Below, in pieces: positions 1 through 9,111 of a stretch of 24,000 nt of DNA (positions are counted from its first letter, which is position 1; the number at the start of each line of letters is the position of its first letter). The DNA lies in the NCBI GenBank assembly GCA_964425415.1, contig CAYRMJ010000004.1, positions 8,313 to 32,312 of the forward strand. Direction: 5' to 3'. The DNA comes from an uncultured Thermoplasmata archaeon. GTDB lineage: Archaea; Thermoplasmatota; Thermoplasmata; Thermoplasmatales; Aciduliprofundaceae. Position numbers and translations under genes: made by a program. The notes under the pieces are model-generated. The model searched no databases. It was not told the origin of the DNA and saw only the letters and a program-made list of their open reading frames with translations.

Positions 1-588
1 AATCTGTTAAAAAGATATGGTTTTCCCGTGCTGCTCCTCACCAAATCCGATATGGTAACAAGAGATGCTGACATCCTATCCACCATGCCCGCGGTGGTTT
101 CAATAACCCTGACCACGCTTGATGAAAATCTGGCAAAGAAATTGGAGCCCTTTGCACCCAGTCCAGAGAGAAGATTAAGAGCAATTCAAAGTTTGGCAAA
201 CTCAGAAATTCCCGTGGCAGTGCGAGTAGACCCAATAATTCCCCACATAAACGACAATTTAGAAAGTTTGAGGATATTGGTTAAAGAGCTGGCGAATTTG
301 GGCGTGAAACAAATAATATCTTCCACATACAAAGCCAAGCCGGATAATTTCAAGAGACTGACAGCAGTGTTCAAAGACAAAACGGAGAAGCTTCGCATGC
401 TGTATTACGAGAAAAATGAGACGGTTCGCGGTGTGAGGTACGCTCCTCGTGACATAAGATTTAAAATTCTCAAAACAGTAAGAGATTTGGCTGATGAGCA
501 CTCAGTTCAGTTCTCAGTGTGTCGTGAAGGACTGCCCCTGAATTCCGCAAAGACATGCGATGCAAGCCATCTTCTTCATCTACCCTGA
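1..588 (+). CDS. Radical SAM domain protein, SplB / 'DNA repair photolyase'-like family, 5' partial (frame open to base 1)
   Basis: Frame 1 has no stop from base 1. NLLKRYGFP precedes the GTG used by the ORF track, so the gene begins upstream of the window. The visible part (LLTKS...ITLTTLD...LEPFAPSPERRLRAI...IPVAVRVDPIIP) resembles the barrel half of SplB-like radical SAM proteins. The CxxxCxxC cluster would lie upstream and is not visible. Confidence 0.6.
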   Translation, partial: NLLKRYGFPVLLLTKSDMVTRDADILSTMPAVVSITLTTLDENLAKKLEPFAPSPERRLRAIQSLANSEIPVAVRVDPIIPHINDNLESLRILVKELANLGVKQIISSTYKAKPDNFKRLTAVFKDKTEKLRMLYYEKNETVRGVRYAPRDIRFKILKTVRDLADEHSVQFSVCREGLPLNSAKTCDASHLLHLP

Positions 589-2675
589 ACCTGCTTTATT
601 ATTTCCTTTGCTAATTTCGCTCCTATGCCGGGCACTTTGGATAGGGATTCCACTGTAGCTCTTCTGAAATCTTCTGCACTTTTGAATCCGTAATCAAACA
701 GTCTCCGCGCCCTCACACGTCCAATTCCGCGAAGCTGTACCACGGGCAAAAGCTCCTCGCTCACTCCGTACTTCACCCTTAGCTGAAGCTTTTCCACCTC
801 TCTTCTCCACTTATAGCGAAGCACTGTGCCAATTTCTCCAAACGCATATATGAGCCAGTCAGCAAGTTCCACTACTGCGTGCAGGTCTCCAGGACCTATG
901 TCGTACTTTCCAACGATGCTTTCCTGCGGAGCTTCGCTTATCCAATCTTCAAGCACCTTCGCAGTTTTCAAAGCTCCGAAAAATCTCTCTCCGCTCACTT
1001 CGTACTCATCCACAGCAAGGTTGTGCATTATGCTAAGTGAGTAAAGCTGCTCGTACTCTGCCTTTTTAGGCCGAAATACTCTCATATCAGGAGTGGTGCA
1101 TACTGTATGCAAAACGCAGAACTCGTCGTAATCCATCTCATAGCAATTTCTGAAAATGATGGCACTCTCAGGATCAATGTATAGGTCAGATACTCTCTTC
1201 CCAAGGGGCGTGGCCCGAATGAACTTGCGCTCTTCAACAAACTCGTTTTCAATCAGAAAATCAACTATTCTGTCCACCTTCCCCCTCAATGTTTCCGCAG
1301 GTATTTTATGTCCGTAAAATGTGCTACCTATGAAGTCAATCACATCATCTCTGGAATTTGCAATGTTTGCAGCAATTAAAGAGAGAACATGAATTCTGAG
1401 AGCTCGGTCGTTGGCAAGTTGTGATTCTATCTCTTCGCTCTCTCCTCTTATGTAAATGTCCATGTACATTTCTGCTCTCTTCATGCTGCTCGCTACCAAT
1501 ATGCCCTCTCCATGTGTGTCGTACTTCGGCCTGCCTGCACGGCCAATCATCTGCTTCACTTCCATCACGGGAATCGGCACACTTCCAAATCCATCGTATC
1601 TGGTCAGGTCTCTCACAATTACCGTGCGCGAAGGAAGGTTTATTCCTGCCGCAAGGGTGGGCGTGGCCACGATGACCTTCAGCAATCTGCTTTTGAACGC
1701 TTCTTCAACTGCCTTTCTCTGAGAATTTGTAAGTCCTGCATGATGGAAAGCAACCCCGTTTTTTATCAACTCTGCAATTTTTTCAGAGTATATTGTGTAT
1801 TCCTCATCTTCAATTTTTGATGCGATTTTATTTAAACTATTTTTTTCATCCTCTTTTAGATGTCTCGCGACTCTTCTCTTCAACTTCAATGCAAGAGACT
1901 CCGCAGATTTGCGGCGATTCACAAATATCAAAAGCTGACCACCATTTTCAATGCGACTCTCAACCAGATTGCCAACCACTATGCTATCTCTCTTCATTGG
2001 CTCCGTGCTTCCATCATCGTAAATAACATGTTCATCGTAAAAAACGCCGGTCTTCAAAGGTACGGGCCTGAACTCGCTGTACACGTGCTCTGCTCCCAGC
2101 CACTGGGCAAGCTCTTTAGAGTTGCTTATGGTTGCTGATAGGGCAACAAACTGCACATCGTCGTTTATGTATCTGATTTTTGATATGACCATTTCAAGGG
2201 TCGGCCCGCGATTTTCCTCGCCAAGCATGTGCACCTCGTCCACAACAACCACACCCAAGTCATAGGGGTAATCGGGATTATGGCGTAGTATGGAATCCAT
2301 CTTCTCACTTGTGACAACTACCACATCGTAATTCTCCACATATCCTGATGGACTGTCATAGTCACCCATTGCCAGAGCCACTCTCATTCCAAATTTCTCA
2401 AATTTTTTGAGTTCTTCGTACTTTTCCATTGCCAGAGCCCTTAGTGGCACTATGTACACACTCTTCAATCCCAGCTTGAAAGCGCGGAGAATAGCAAAGT
2501 ATCCCACCATTGTCTTTCCGCTGGCGGTGGGCACTGAAACCACAACGCTTTTGCCTTTGAAAACATGGTTTAGAGCATCGCGCTGGTACTCGTAAAGATA
2601 CCTTATTCCTTCTTTTCTGAAGACATCCAGAATGTCTGTGCTTAGGGGCACATCGTCAATATTCACATTTTCCAT
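576..2675 (-). CDS. hel308: Hel308/Hjm-type Ski2-like DNA helicase
   Basis: 699 aa. Walker A VPTASGKT, DEVH box (VVVDEVHMLG), SAT motif (LSATISN), motif VI QMIGRAGRP. C-terminal helix-hairpin-helix-like LRGIGRVRARRL...VPGIGAKLAKEI. Length and domain order are typical of archaeal Hel308. The start could be the GTG at 2666 if the mRNA is leaderless (see the promoter at 2689-2696). Confidence 0.9.
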   Translation of the reverse strand: MENVNIDDVPLSTDILDVFRKEGIRYLYEYQRDALNHVFKGKSVVVSVPTASGKTMVGYFAILRAFKLGLKSVYIVPLRALAMEKYEELKKFEKFGMRVALAMGDYDSPSGYVENYDVVVVTSEKMDSILRHNPDYPYDLGVVVVDEVHMLGEENRGPTLEMVISKIRYINDDVQFVALSATISNSKELAQWLGAEHVYSEFRPVPLKTGVFYDEHVIYDDGSTEPMKRDSIVVGNLVESRIENGGQLLIFVNRRKSAESLALKLKRRVARHLKEDEKNSLNKIASKIEDEEYTIYSEKIAELIKNGVAFHHAGLTNSQRKAVEEAFKSRLLKVIVATPTLAAGINLPSRTVIVRDLTRYDGFGSVPIPVMEVKQMIGRAGRPKYDTHGEGILVASSMKRAEMYMDIYIRGESEEIESQLANDRALRIHVLSLIAANIANSRDDVIDFIGSTFYGHKIPAETLRGKVDRIVDFLIENEFVEERKFIRATPLGKRVSDLYIDPESAIIFRNCYEMDYDEFCVLHTVCTTPDMRVFRPKKAEYEQLYSLSIMHNLAVDEYEVSGERFFGALKTAKVLEDWISEAPQESIVGKYDIGPGDLHAVVELADWLIYAFGEIGTVLRYKWRREVEKLQLRVKYGVSEELLPVVQLRGIGRVRARRLFDYGFKSAEDFRRATVESLSKVPGIGAKLAKEIIKQVQGR

Positions 2676-2688
2676 TATGTGTCAAGCA

Positions 2689-2696
2689 ATTTAATA
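2689..2696 (-). promoter_or_regulatory. Candidate BRE/TATA element for hel308
   Basis: The minus strand reads GAGAAAG-TATTAAAT, matching the purine-rich BRE + TATA pattern of the other operon-leading genes. The predicted TSS (about 23 nt downstream) falls a few nt inside the annotated ORF, near an in-frame GTG at 2666. Confidence 0.3.
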
Positions 2697-2772
2697 CTTT
2701 CTCGGAAAGTTGTGAGATGTATGTTCTAAATATTTTGCAGATAACACAAATCTAAATTATCACACCAAAAAG

Positions 2773-2780
2773 TTTAATAG
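2773..2780 (+). promoter_or_regulatory. Candidate BRE/TATA element for the beta-propeller gene (leaderless)
   Basis: AAAAAG-TTTAATAG. The 3' end of the box lies 23 nt before the ATG at 2804, and there is no Shine-Dalgarno in between. A second AT-rich stretch (ATATTTTATAAT, 2781-2792) makes the exact box ambiguous. Confidence 0.35.
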
Positions 2781-2803
2781 ATATTTTATAATCTTCCACA
2801 TGT

Positions 2804-4240
2804 ATGATTGATGCACCTGTTCAAAAAACCATATCTCTTAGTGGTAATGTGAGGCATGTTGATATATCCAACGATGGGGGGTTTGCACTGGCCACATATC
2901 CGCAGGGATATGCTATAATAATAGGTGACGAGGTAGTGCACAGAAAGGGCACCATAACTCGCGCACGAATAATAAGAGAAAAAGAATCTTTCGTGGTTGC
3001 TGAAAATCATTCACTTCTATTTTTTAACAATCACGGCGCATTGCTGTGGAGAAACAACTACGACTCAAAAATAATTGATTTCTCTTTCACATCATCCGAA
3101 GGATTGGTTCTTTTGGAAAACGGAGATGTTGTTGCTTTGAGCAACTTCAAAATTGAATTGTGGAAAATTACCGTGCCGGGGGCAAAAAGAGTGATCATTG
3201 ACCCCACAGGTAGAAATTTTGCTGTGATTACTGATAAAGAAATAAACTTTTACACTTTCAACAACCACAATCTGCAATGGAACGAAGGATTTATGGACAA
3301 TATACATCACGTGTACCTAAACAGAGGTTCAACTAGAATCGCCGTTTCTCTGGTCACCGGAGATTTTTATTTGCTCTCTAAAAGTGGCAAAACCATGCTG
3401 GAGTACAAATTCAAAAAACCACCTGTTGTGGTATTAGACAGATATGGAAATGTGATAGTTGGAGAGGAAAACTATGTGAAAATAATGAACGAAAGAGGCA
3501 CCGTGCTCAAAAAAATTGAGTTTAGTGGAATGTGCAATGAGTTGAAAGTTGGATACAGATCAGATTACAGTGTTTGCGGCACCAGCTCAGGAATGGTTTA
3601 TTTCTTTGACCGATCAGGAGTGCTGTGGCAACATCACCACAACGAGCCAATTGGAGCTGTTAACATGTCCGATAGCGGAGATTATGTGATTGCAGCTAAC
3701 AGTGAGGTGATCATATTCAACAACCTCAGCTACTATGTTTCAGTCATAAGGGATATGCAAAAGAAAATTGCGGCGGTGCCTGCTAAAGACCCACGTCGTG
3801 AGAAACTGAGCAACATAATAAGAAAGATGAAGGGAGCTTATTTGAAGAGAGATTTTAAGCTTTTGCTTAATCTAGCCAATGCATTTGATTCGCTTTACAC
3901 TGCAATTGAAAGAAATACAGTAAAATTTGCACTAATACTTGCGGACTCTTTTTCTGTGGATACTGTGTCCAAATGTCAATTGTATGTTGCAACTAATGAG
4001 CGAGTATCCCTGAAGGTTTACGGTGATGTTAAATATGGTGTTCGTGTGGTTCAAAGAGTGCCGGGAAAAACAGTAATATCCATATTGTTACAGCCCAAGC
4101 ACAGTGGTAAACTATCAGTTCGTATAGATGTGTTTGCCGGTGCCAAAAAGATATCAATTCCAGTAACCATATTTGCAGATGGAATACTGAGAAAAAAGAG
4201 AGTTATATCCAATACAGATTTTAGGCGGCTCATATCATAA
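2804..4240 (+). CDS. Uncharacterised protein: 7-8 bladed beta-propeller (PQQ/WD40-like repeats) + helical linker + C-terminal Ig/CARDB-like beta-sandwich, with no signal peptide
   Basis: 478 aa. Contains about eight ~38-aa repeats, each with a hydrophobic strand, a small-residue turn (DGG, SEG, TGR, GST, YGN, SSG, DSG) and a second strand ending near an aromatic residue (LLW, ELW, LQW, VLW). A helical segment follows (about aa 310-375), then a beta-rich C-terminus. The N-terminus MIDAPVQKTISLSG is not hydrophobic. Confidence 0.6.
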   Translation: MIDAPVQKTISLSGNVRHVDISNDGGFALATYPQGYAIIIGDEVVHRKGTITRARIIREKESFVVAENHSLLFFNNHGALLWRNNYDSKIIDFSFTSSEGLVLLENGDVVALSNFKIELWKITVPGAKRVIIDPTGRNFAVITDKEINFYTFNNHNLQWNEGFMDNIHHVYLNRGSTRIAVSLVTGDFYLLSKSGKTMLEYKFKKPPVVVLDRYGNVIVGEENYVKIMNERGTVLKKIEFSGMCNELKVGYRSDYSVCGTSSGMVYFFDRSGVLWQHHHNEPIGAVNMSDSGDYVIAANSEVIIFNNLSYYVSVIRDMQKKIAAVPAKDPRREKLSNIIRKMKGAYLKRDFKLLLNLANAFDSLYTAIERNTVKFALILADSFSVDTVSKCQLYVATNERVSLKVYGDVKYGVRVVQRVPGKTVISILLQPKHSGKLSVRIDVFAGAKKISIPVTIFADGILRKKRVISNTDFRRLIS

Positions 4241-5891
4241 TTGAATTCATAACCGTGGCCGAGATTACAGCGGTTATTGCGCCCACCCATATCATTACCA
4301 CCAAATCATACAGAACTTTTACATTGCTGGACGCAGAAACTACCTTTTTTATGGCAGCAGCGATTACTGTATGCACTATTACCAGAGCAAAAAGCAAAAC
4401 TCGCATAAGTTGAATGCTAATCATTGTTCCTGTGAATAACGAGAGAAAAGAATATTCCTGAGATATCGGAGCAATCTCAGCAAACATGTTGTTCATAAGT
4501 GCAACTACCCACATAAGAACATACAAAGGAAATGTGATGAAAACCATTGAACCATAGAGCAAACCTGAAGTGGTTGACGCAGCCAGAAAGCGCTTCTTTC
4601 TAAGAGCAAGAATTTTCAAAAAGTTCTCACTGATGATTTCGCTTATCTTCTTTGCATCGCCACCAACCTCTGTGCCATCCACGTACAGGTCATTGAACTT
4701 AGAAATTAAATCACTACCCGTCTCTGCTCCAAAGGTCTTCCATGCCAAGTGTTTGTCAATTCTCAAAGCAAGCCGATTGTAAAGGTCGTTTATGTGCTTT
4801 GTGAGCGGTCCGAATTTGTAATATCTCAATTTTTTCAGAGCGAAGGTCGTTTCCTTTCCTGTACCTGATGCGCTGGTTCCGAGAGACCTTATAAAAGAGG
4901 GATAAAACATCTCTTTGTTTTTTATGTGAGCTTCCATTTTAGTGGCATAGTGTCCGGGAATTATTAGAGGCGTGATGGCAAGCGCCACCTGAAATTCAAA
5001 GGGTATTGGAAGCAAAAACGCAACAAAGAAAGTTATAATTGTTAAAGACACTCCAAGTAACAATTTTCTGCGGACACCTATCTTTATGGGAGTCTCAATG
5101 CTGCTGGTCTCCCACACTTGTTCCCATGGTACTGACACGTATATGTAGTAAAAAGCTCCAATCTCCACCACAAAGAACAGCAAAATAGAAAGGTAAAATG
5201 ATGTGTAGTCTCCACCCATCAACATGGGCAAAAGTGCGGCCACAGTAATGAGAAACAGAGCTGAAGATATGCTTGCGAGGTATATTTCATTCAAAATTCC
5301 TATTGATTCAACCGCATTGTTGTATTTTATGGCGTACTCTTCCAAAGCGGCCTTCTGCTCATTTTGCGAGAAGCTCTCAGCGGATTCTCCTGATTCCACA
5401 GCATGCGCCATTCTTATCAGGAAATCTGATAGTTGCTCGCTGGGTGTCTTCTCTGCAACCATTCTTGCAGCCTCTGGAAGGTCAACATTCCACTTATTTA
5501 TGAGAACATATATTTTTTTGATTTCTTTTGCAAGTTCTCGGTACTCTTTCATTTCAGAGAGAATGTTGAAAAGGTCTTTTCTTGACACATAAGCCAATGA
5601 GAGAATACCGAGTCTCGTAACGAATAGGTGCATATCCCTATCAATCAACTTTCCTGCGCGAATGTATATAATGTATGGAAATATCAAAACTACAGTTGCC
5701 ACAAAGAATAAGAGGAAGGAGAAGAGAAAAACGATAAGTGGGGTCATAAACTCTCCCAAAAATATTAGAACCACATAGTATCCCACAATTAGCAATGCAA
5801 ATAGAGGAATGAACACCTTCAATATGTATGTGGGAAATGGCATGCCTGCATAGTCGTAAGCCTTCATAAATTTTGAATTTTCAAGGCTCAT
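4230..5891 (-). CDS. arlJ: Archaellum polytopic membrane platform protein ArlJ (FlaJ)
   Basis: 553 aa with many TM segments and two cytoplasmic helical domains (T2SS-F-like duplication). Last gene of the arl cluster. The start overlaps the arlI stop (ATGA-type, 5888-5891) and is preceded by GAGGAG. Confidence 0.88.
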   Translation of the reverse strand: MSLENSKFMKAYDYAGMPFPTYILKVFIPLFALLIVGYYVVLIFLGEFMTPLIVFLFSFLLFFVATVVLIFPYIIYIRAGKLIDRDMHLFVTRLGILSLAYVSRKDLFNILSEMKEYRELAKEIKKIYVLINKWNVDLPEAARMVAEKTPSEQLSDFLIRMAHAVESGESAESFSQNEQKAALEEYAIKYNNAVESIGILNEIYLASISSALFLITVAALLPMLMGGDYTSFYLSILLFFVVEIGAFYYIYVSVPWEQVWETSSIETPIKIGVRRKLLLGVSLTIITFFVAFLLPIPFEFQVALAITPLIIPGHYATKMEAHIKNKEMFYPSFIRSLGTSASGTGKETTFALKKLRYYKFGPLTKHINDLYNRLALRIDKHLAWKTFGAETGSDLISKFNDLYVDGTEVGGDAKKISEIISENFLKILALRKKRFLAASTTSGLLYGSMVFITFPLYVLMWVVALMNNMFAEIAPISQEYSFLSLFTGTMISIQLMRVLLFALVIVHTVIAAAIKKVVSASSNVKVLYDLVVMIWVGAITAVISATVMNSIMI

Positions 5892-7519
5892 AGACTCCTC
5901 AGCTCCCTCTTGAGGGCATCCATTCCTTCCTCATAGTAAATTCTCAGAAGTCTAACCACCACATCGTAATCAAATATGTGCTTTTCTACCATGGTTTTTA
6001 GAATCTTGGCGCGTTCCTCAAGGTCGTTGTATATTCTCTTAACGTTCTGATACCTCAGTTTCGGAGCAACTTTTCCTTCAAGTATGTAGCTGTTGTTTAT
6101 GCCGCGGAAGAAGTGCTTGTCCTGAACCGGGTCCCACACGAACATGTTTCTTGTCAATATTCCGCCTCTGACTTTTGAGTACTTAATGATTTCATCAACG
6201 GAGGTTATTCTCCTCATCAGTCTTCCTCTCTCATACACGAGCTGCTGAAACACCACAACATTCAGATTGTCCATGAACCTCTCTGGTATGTTTATAGGAT
6301 CTCCAGTCAATCTCTGAATCATCTGTGTAACGGATGGTGCGTGGAATGTGCTGATCACATAGTGGCCAGTCTGCATAGCCTGAAACGCTGCAAAGCCTTC
6401 CTTGCCTCTTATCTCTCCAATCAGTATGTAATTAGGTCTGCTTCTCAAAGCTGCTCTTATAAGGTCGTATAATTCAACAGAAGCCTCTCCCGTGACTGTT
6501 TCTCTCGTGACAACTCTTTGCCAGATTGGTTGTGGTGCAATAACTTCTGGGGTATCTTCAGCGCTGTATATCTTCCAGTGATGATTAATATATGGTATTA
6601 AAGAGTTCAATGTGGTGGTTTTACCGCTTGCTGTCTCACCGCAGATGAACAGGTTTATGCCGTATTCAACCAGAAGCCATAAGTATGCACCAACCTGCGG
6701 GCTCATAGTTCCAAGATATATCAGAAACGGCATAGTTAGTGGCTTTTCGGAGAATCGCCTTATGGTGAACGAGCTTCCCTCCTTGCTTATATCTTCGCTG
6801 TAGATTATGTTAATTCTTGAACCGTCTGGCAAAGAGGCATCAATTATTGGATTGGAATCGGAAACCGGGCTGCCAATTCTCTCGCTTATATTTCTTAAAT
6901 ACCTCTCTAACTCAAACTTTGTCTGAAATCTAACATTTGTGGGCAAGGTGCCAAAAAGCTTATGAACTATATGAATCGGACGCGTGCCAATCAGATGTAT
7001 ATCCTCAATGTAGGGGTCTCTGAGAATTGGCTCCATTGGCCCCATTTGAAGGATATTTCTGTGAAGATAATATCTAATAACTTTAAACTCCTCCTTTGTG
7101 ACATACACCTTATCAACTTCACCCTTCAAATATCTCGCGAGCACTCCCGTTTTTTCACCCTTTTCAGTTGTGGTCACCCGCTTAAGAAGAGTATCAAGGA
7201 CCTTAATAAATTTCTTATCATTATCCGGCACCTCAACAGTGCTACCAATATGCAGAATGAGCTTTTTTATTTTTTCATATTTTTTCTGAGTTTCTTTGCT
7301 CATTTTTGGCTCAACCGCAACATAATGCCAACCGTTAACATTGTGAATGTGAATAAATATAGGGTCTCCCACAGGATATATTACATTGGGGTGGCTCATT
7401 CTCTCCATGTCCCTGTCCAAATGGTCGTACCATATAGGGTAAACTCCATGCTTTCTGTGGAACTCATCAATATACTCTTTCAGATGCGGATTTTTTTTGA
7501 TTGCTGTTTGCAGGCTCAT
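5888..7519 (-). CDS. arlI: Archaellum assembly/motor ATPase ArlI (FlaI), type II/IV secretion ATPase superfamily
   Basis: 543 aa. Walker A GETASGKTT (codons about 6620-6640), Walker B/Asp box ILIGEIRGKE, His box ISTFHA. GGTGG Shine-Dalgarno 6 nt upstream of the ATG. Confidence 0.95.
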   Translation of the reverse strand: MSLQTAIKKNPHLKEYIDEFHRKHGVYPIWYDHLDRDMERMSHPNVIYPVGDPIFIHIHNVNGWHYVAVEPKMSKETQKKYEKIKKLILHIGSTVEVPDNDKKFIKVLDTLLKRVTTTEKGEKTGVLARYLKGEVDKVYVTKEEFKVIRYYLHRNILQMGPMEPILRDPYIEDIHLIGTRPIHIVHKLFGTLPTNVRFQTKFELERYLRNISERIGSPVSDSNPIIDASLPDGSRINIIYSEDISKEGSSFTIRRFSEKPLTMPFLIYLGTMSPQVGAYLWLLVEYGINLFICGETASGKTTTLNSLIPYINHHWKIYSAEDTPEVIAPQPIWQRVVTRETVTGEASVELYDLIRAALRSRPNYILIGEIRGKEGFAAFQAMQTGHYVISTFHAPSVTQMIQRLTGDPINIPERFMDNLNVVVFQQLVYERGRLMRRITSVDEIIKYSKVRGGILTRNMFVWDPVQDKHFFRGINNSYILEGKVAPKLRYQNVKRIYNDLEERAKILKTMVEKHIFDYDVVVRLLRIYYEEGMDALKRELRSL

Positions 7520-7520
7520 T

Positions 7521-8216
7521 TTAAGCCACCGTTGTTATATCCACCACCAATCCTACCTGCGGTTCAACCCTAAAACCGGTCACATTGCCAACGAAATCGG
7601 TCGCGTAAGAGAATCTCATTACAACCATTCTCTTTGTCATCTCACCTTCAGTCAGCTCGGATACCAACCGAATGTATATCTCCACCGTAGTTCGCAGATG
7701 CTTTAAAAGCTCAGAATTCATGTGCTCTGGATCCACTGTTAATATTATTGCCTTATTAGTGCTCGCAAGCTTTTTGAAGAAATATATTGCGTCCAATATG
7801 CTCTGCTCACCTGTTTGGTTGCTGGCAATTCCGGAAAAGGTGTCAATTATTATCACATCGTTTTTGAAAAGCTCCTTTGCACTCATCAGGCGCTCTATGA
7901 AATCTTCTCTCGTCCTCGGCATGCCTATTAGAGGATACACTGGAATAAATAGAAGTTGCCTACTGATCATGAAGTTCAGAACATCATAATTTAGGGAGCG
8001 CATTTGATCAAGGAATCCTTTTGTTGTCAGTTCAGTGGAGATATATGTTACAGTATAGCCATTCATCAAAAACCCATACAGTAATCTCTGAGATAGTATG
8101 CTCTTGCCGCTACCATCCTCTCCCTCAACTAAACTCACCGAGCCCTTTGGTATGCCTCCGTTGAGTCTCTCATGAAGCGTATCTCTATCTATTTTTATGT
8201 TGTACACATCAGGCAT
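7521..8216 (-). CDS. arlH: Archaellum RecA/KaiC-like ATP-binding protein ArlH (FlaH)
   Basis: 231 aa. Walker A-like GEDGSGKS. Its size and its position between arlG and arlI are typical. GGGTG Shine-Dalgarno. Confidence 0.88.
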   Translation of the reverse strand: MPDVYNIKIDRDTLHERLNGGIPKGSVSLVEGEDGSGKSILSQRLLYGFLMNGYTVTYISTELTTKGFLDQMRSLNYDVLNFMISRQLLFIPVYPLIGMPRTREDFIERLMSAKELFKNDVIIIDTFSGIASNQTGEQSILDAIYFFKKLASTNKAIILTVDPEHMNSELLKHLRTTVEIYIRLVSELTEGEMTKRMVVMRFSYATDFVGNVTGFRVEPQVGLVVDITTVA

Positions 8217-8219
8217 GGC

Positions 8220-8681
8220 TCACACCCTAAATTTTATAGTGGCTTTCACACCATAATCCACAACAACTGTGAGAATATAGTCTCCGGAGGATAACGGTTT
8301 GCTGGGTTGAAATGTGATGTTCACAGTCACCTGCGGAAGCCATTGCTTCACGCCACTTTTTATGGGTCTGATTGTATCAGGATACGATAGTGCATAAGGT
8401 GTTCCGTTGAGTATCACAGTTGTGTGATTCATATTCAGTTCCGTTTCACCTATGTTTTTGACATATATTGTAATCGTATTGGATGATGGGTTATACGGAG
8501 AGTAATGGAGGTCATTGATTATCACAATTTTTGTTTTGAGAAATTGCTCTTCTAACTTTTCCCTTGAGTTCATAGAGTCTCTAAAGTGATATGCAGTGTA
8601 GAAAATCGCACCAGAAACGATTATAGCCACAACGATGGAGGTGGTAAGAAGTATGAGCGATGATACACCCTCTCCTGCCAT
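8220..8681 (-). CDS. arlG: Archaellum stator/anchor protein ArlG (FlaG)
   Basis: 153 aa. N-terminal archaellin-like hydrophobic helix (SSLILLTTSIVVAIIVSGAIF) followed by a beta-rich soluble domain. Position after arlF. GAGGTG Shine-Dalgarno. The F versus G assignment rests on gene order. Confidence 0.7.
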   Translation of the reverse strand: MAGEGVSSLILLTTSIVVAIIVSGAIFYTAYHFRDSMNSREKLEEQFLKTKIVIINDLHYSPYNPSSNTITIYVKNIGETELNMNHTTVILNGTPYALSYPDTIRPIKSGVKQWLPQVTVNITFQPSKPLSSGDYILTVVVDYGVKATIKFRV

Positions 8682-8687
8682 GCCACA

Positions 8688-9104
8688 TCACACCTCGTAG
8701 TACGCTGAGTTTCCAAACTCGGTAATTGCCTTTATTCTGAATGGTATGCGAGGATAATTCAAAGTGAACACTGCCACCTCACCCGGAGCCCATACGCTTG
8801 TTTCAACCCCGGACACTTTCACACTCTGCGAATTCATTGCAGTACCATTCACAACGAATGTGACAAAGTACGGATTGAGAGTGGTGTTTCCTGTATTGTC
8901 AATATACACCTTAAGAGAGGAACCAGAGTAGATAACATTAGATATTTTTATTGAAGTGTCGTAATAGTGCCTGTTGGCATTCTCTCTTTCCATCATCACC
9001 TGATTTAACTTGAACTGATTGTCCATGGATGCTGAGTAAACCATGGTGAAAGATATGAAAAATGTGATACCGATGATCAATGCAGCCGCTGATACGCTAC
9101 CCAC
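8688..9104 (-). CDS. arlF: Archaellum stator/anchor protein ArlF (FlaF)
   Basis: 138 aa, GTG start preceded by GGGGTGAT. N-terminal hydrophobic helix (AAALIIGITFFISFTMV) followed by a beta-sandwich-like domain with NTT/NGT sequons. Position between arlD/E and arlG. Confidence 0.7.
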   Translation of the reverse strand: MGSVSAAALIIGITFFISFTMVYSASMDNQFKLNQVMMERENANRHYYDTSIKISNVIYSGSSLKVYIDNTGNTTLNPYFVTFVVNGTAMNSQSVKVSGVETSVWAPGEVAVFTLNYPRIPFRIKAITEFGNSAYYEV

Positions 9105-9111
9105 CTAACTA

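Noticed and set aside
1-2675. Radical SAM + Hel308 pair considered as a possible defence or repair island.
   Set aside because: The genes are convergent rather than co-transcribed. Hel308 is a universal archaeal housekeeping helicase. No nuclease, methylase or other defence hallmark is adjacent.
2676-2803. Largest intergenic regions (also 12308-12417 and 21747-21826) checked for tRNA, small RNA genes or riboswitches.
   Set aside because: They are too short (80-128 nt) and are filled by divergent BRE/TATA elements. I could see no cloverleaf-compatible stems or conserved RNA motifs. Mo-cofactor riboswitches are bacterial, and none is evident before wtpA or moaA.
6962-7573. 203-aa plus-strand ORF antisense to arlI. 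Similar long antisense ORFs occur at 5224-5592, 14934-15431, 21111-21536, 1512-1820 and 9725-10021.
   Set aside because: Each lies entirely opposite a gene with strong family motifs. Their products are low-complexity and Ser/Leu/Phe/Cys-rich with no recognisable motifs or Shine-Dalgarno. They are typical shadow ORFs in AT-rich DNA.
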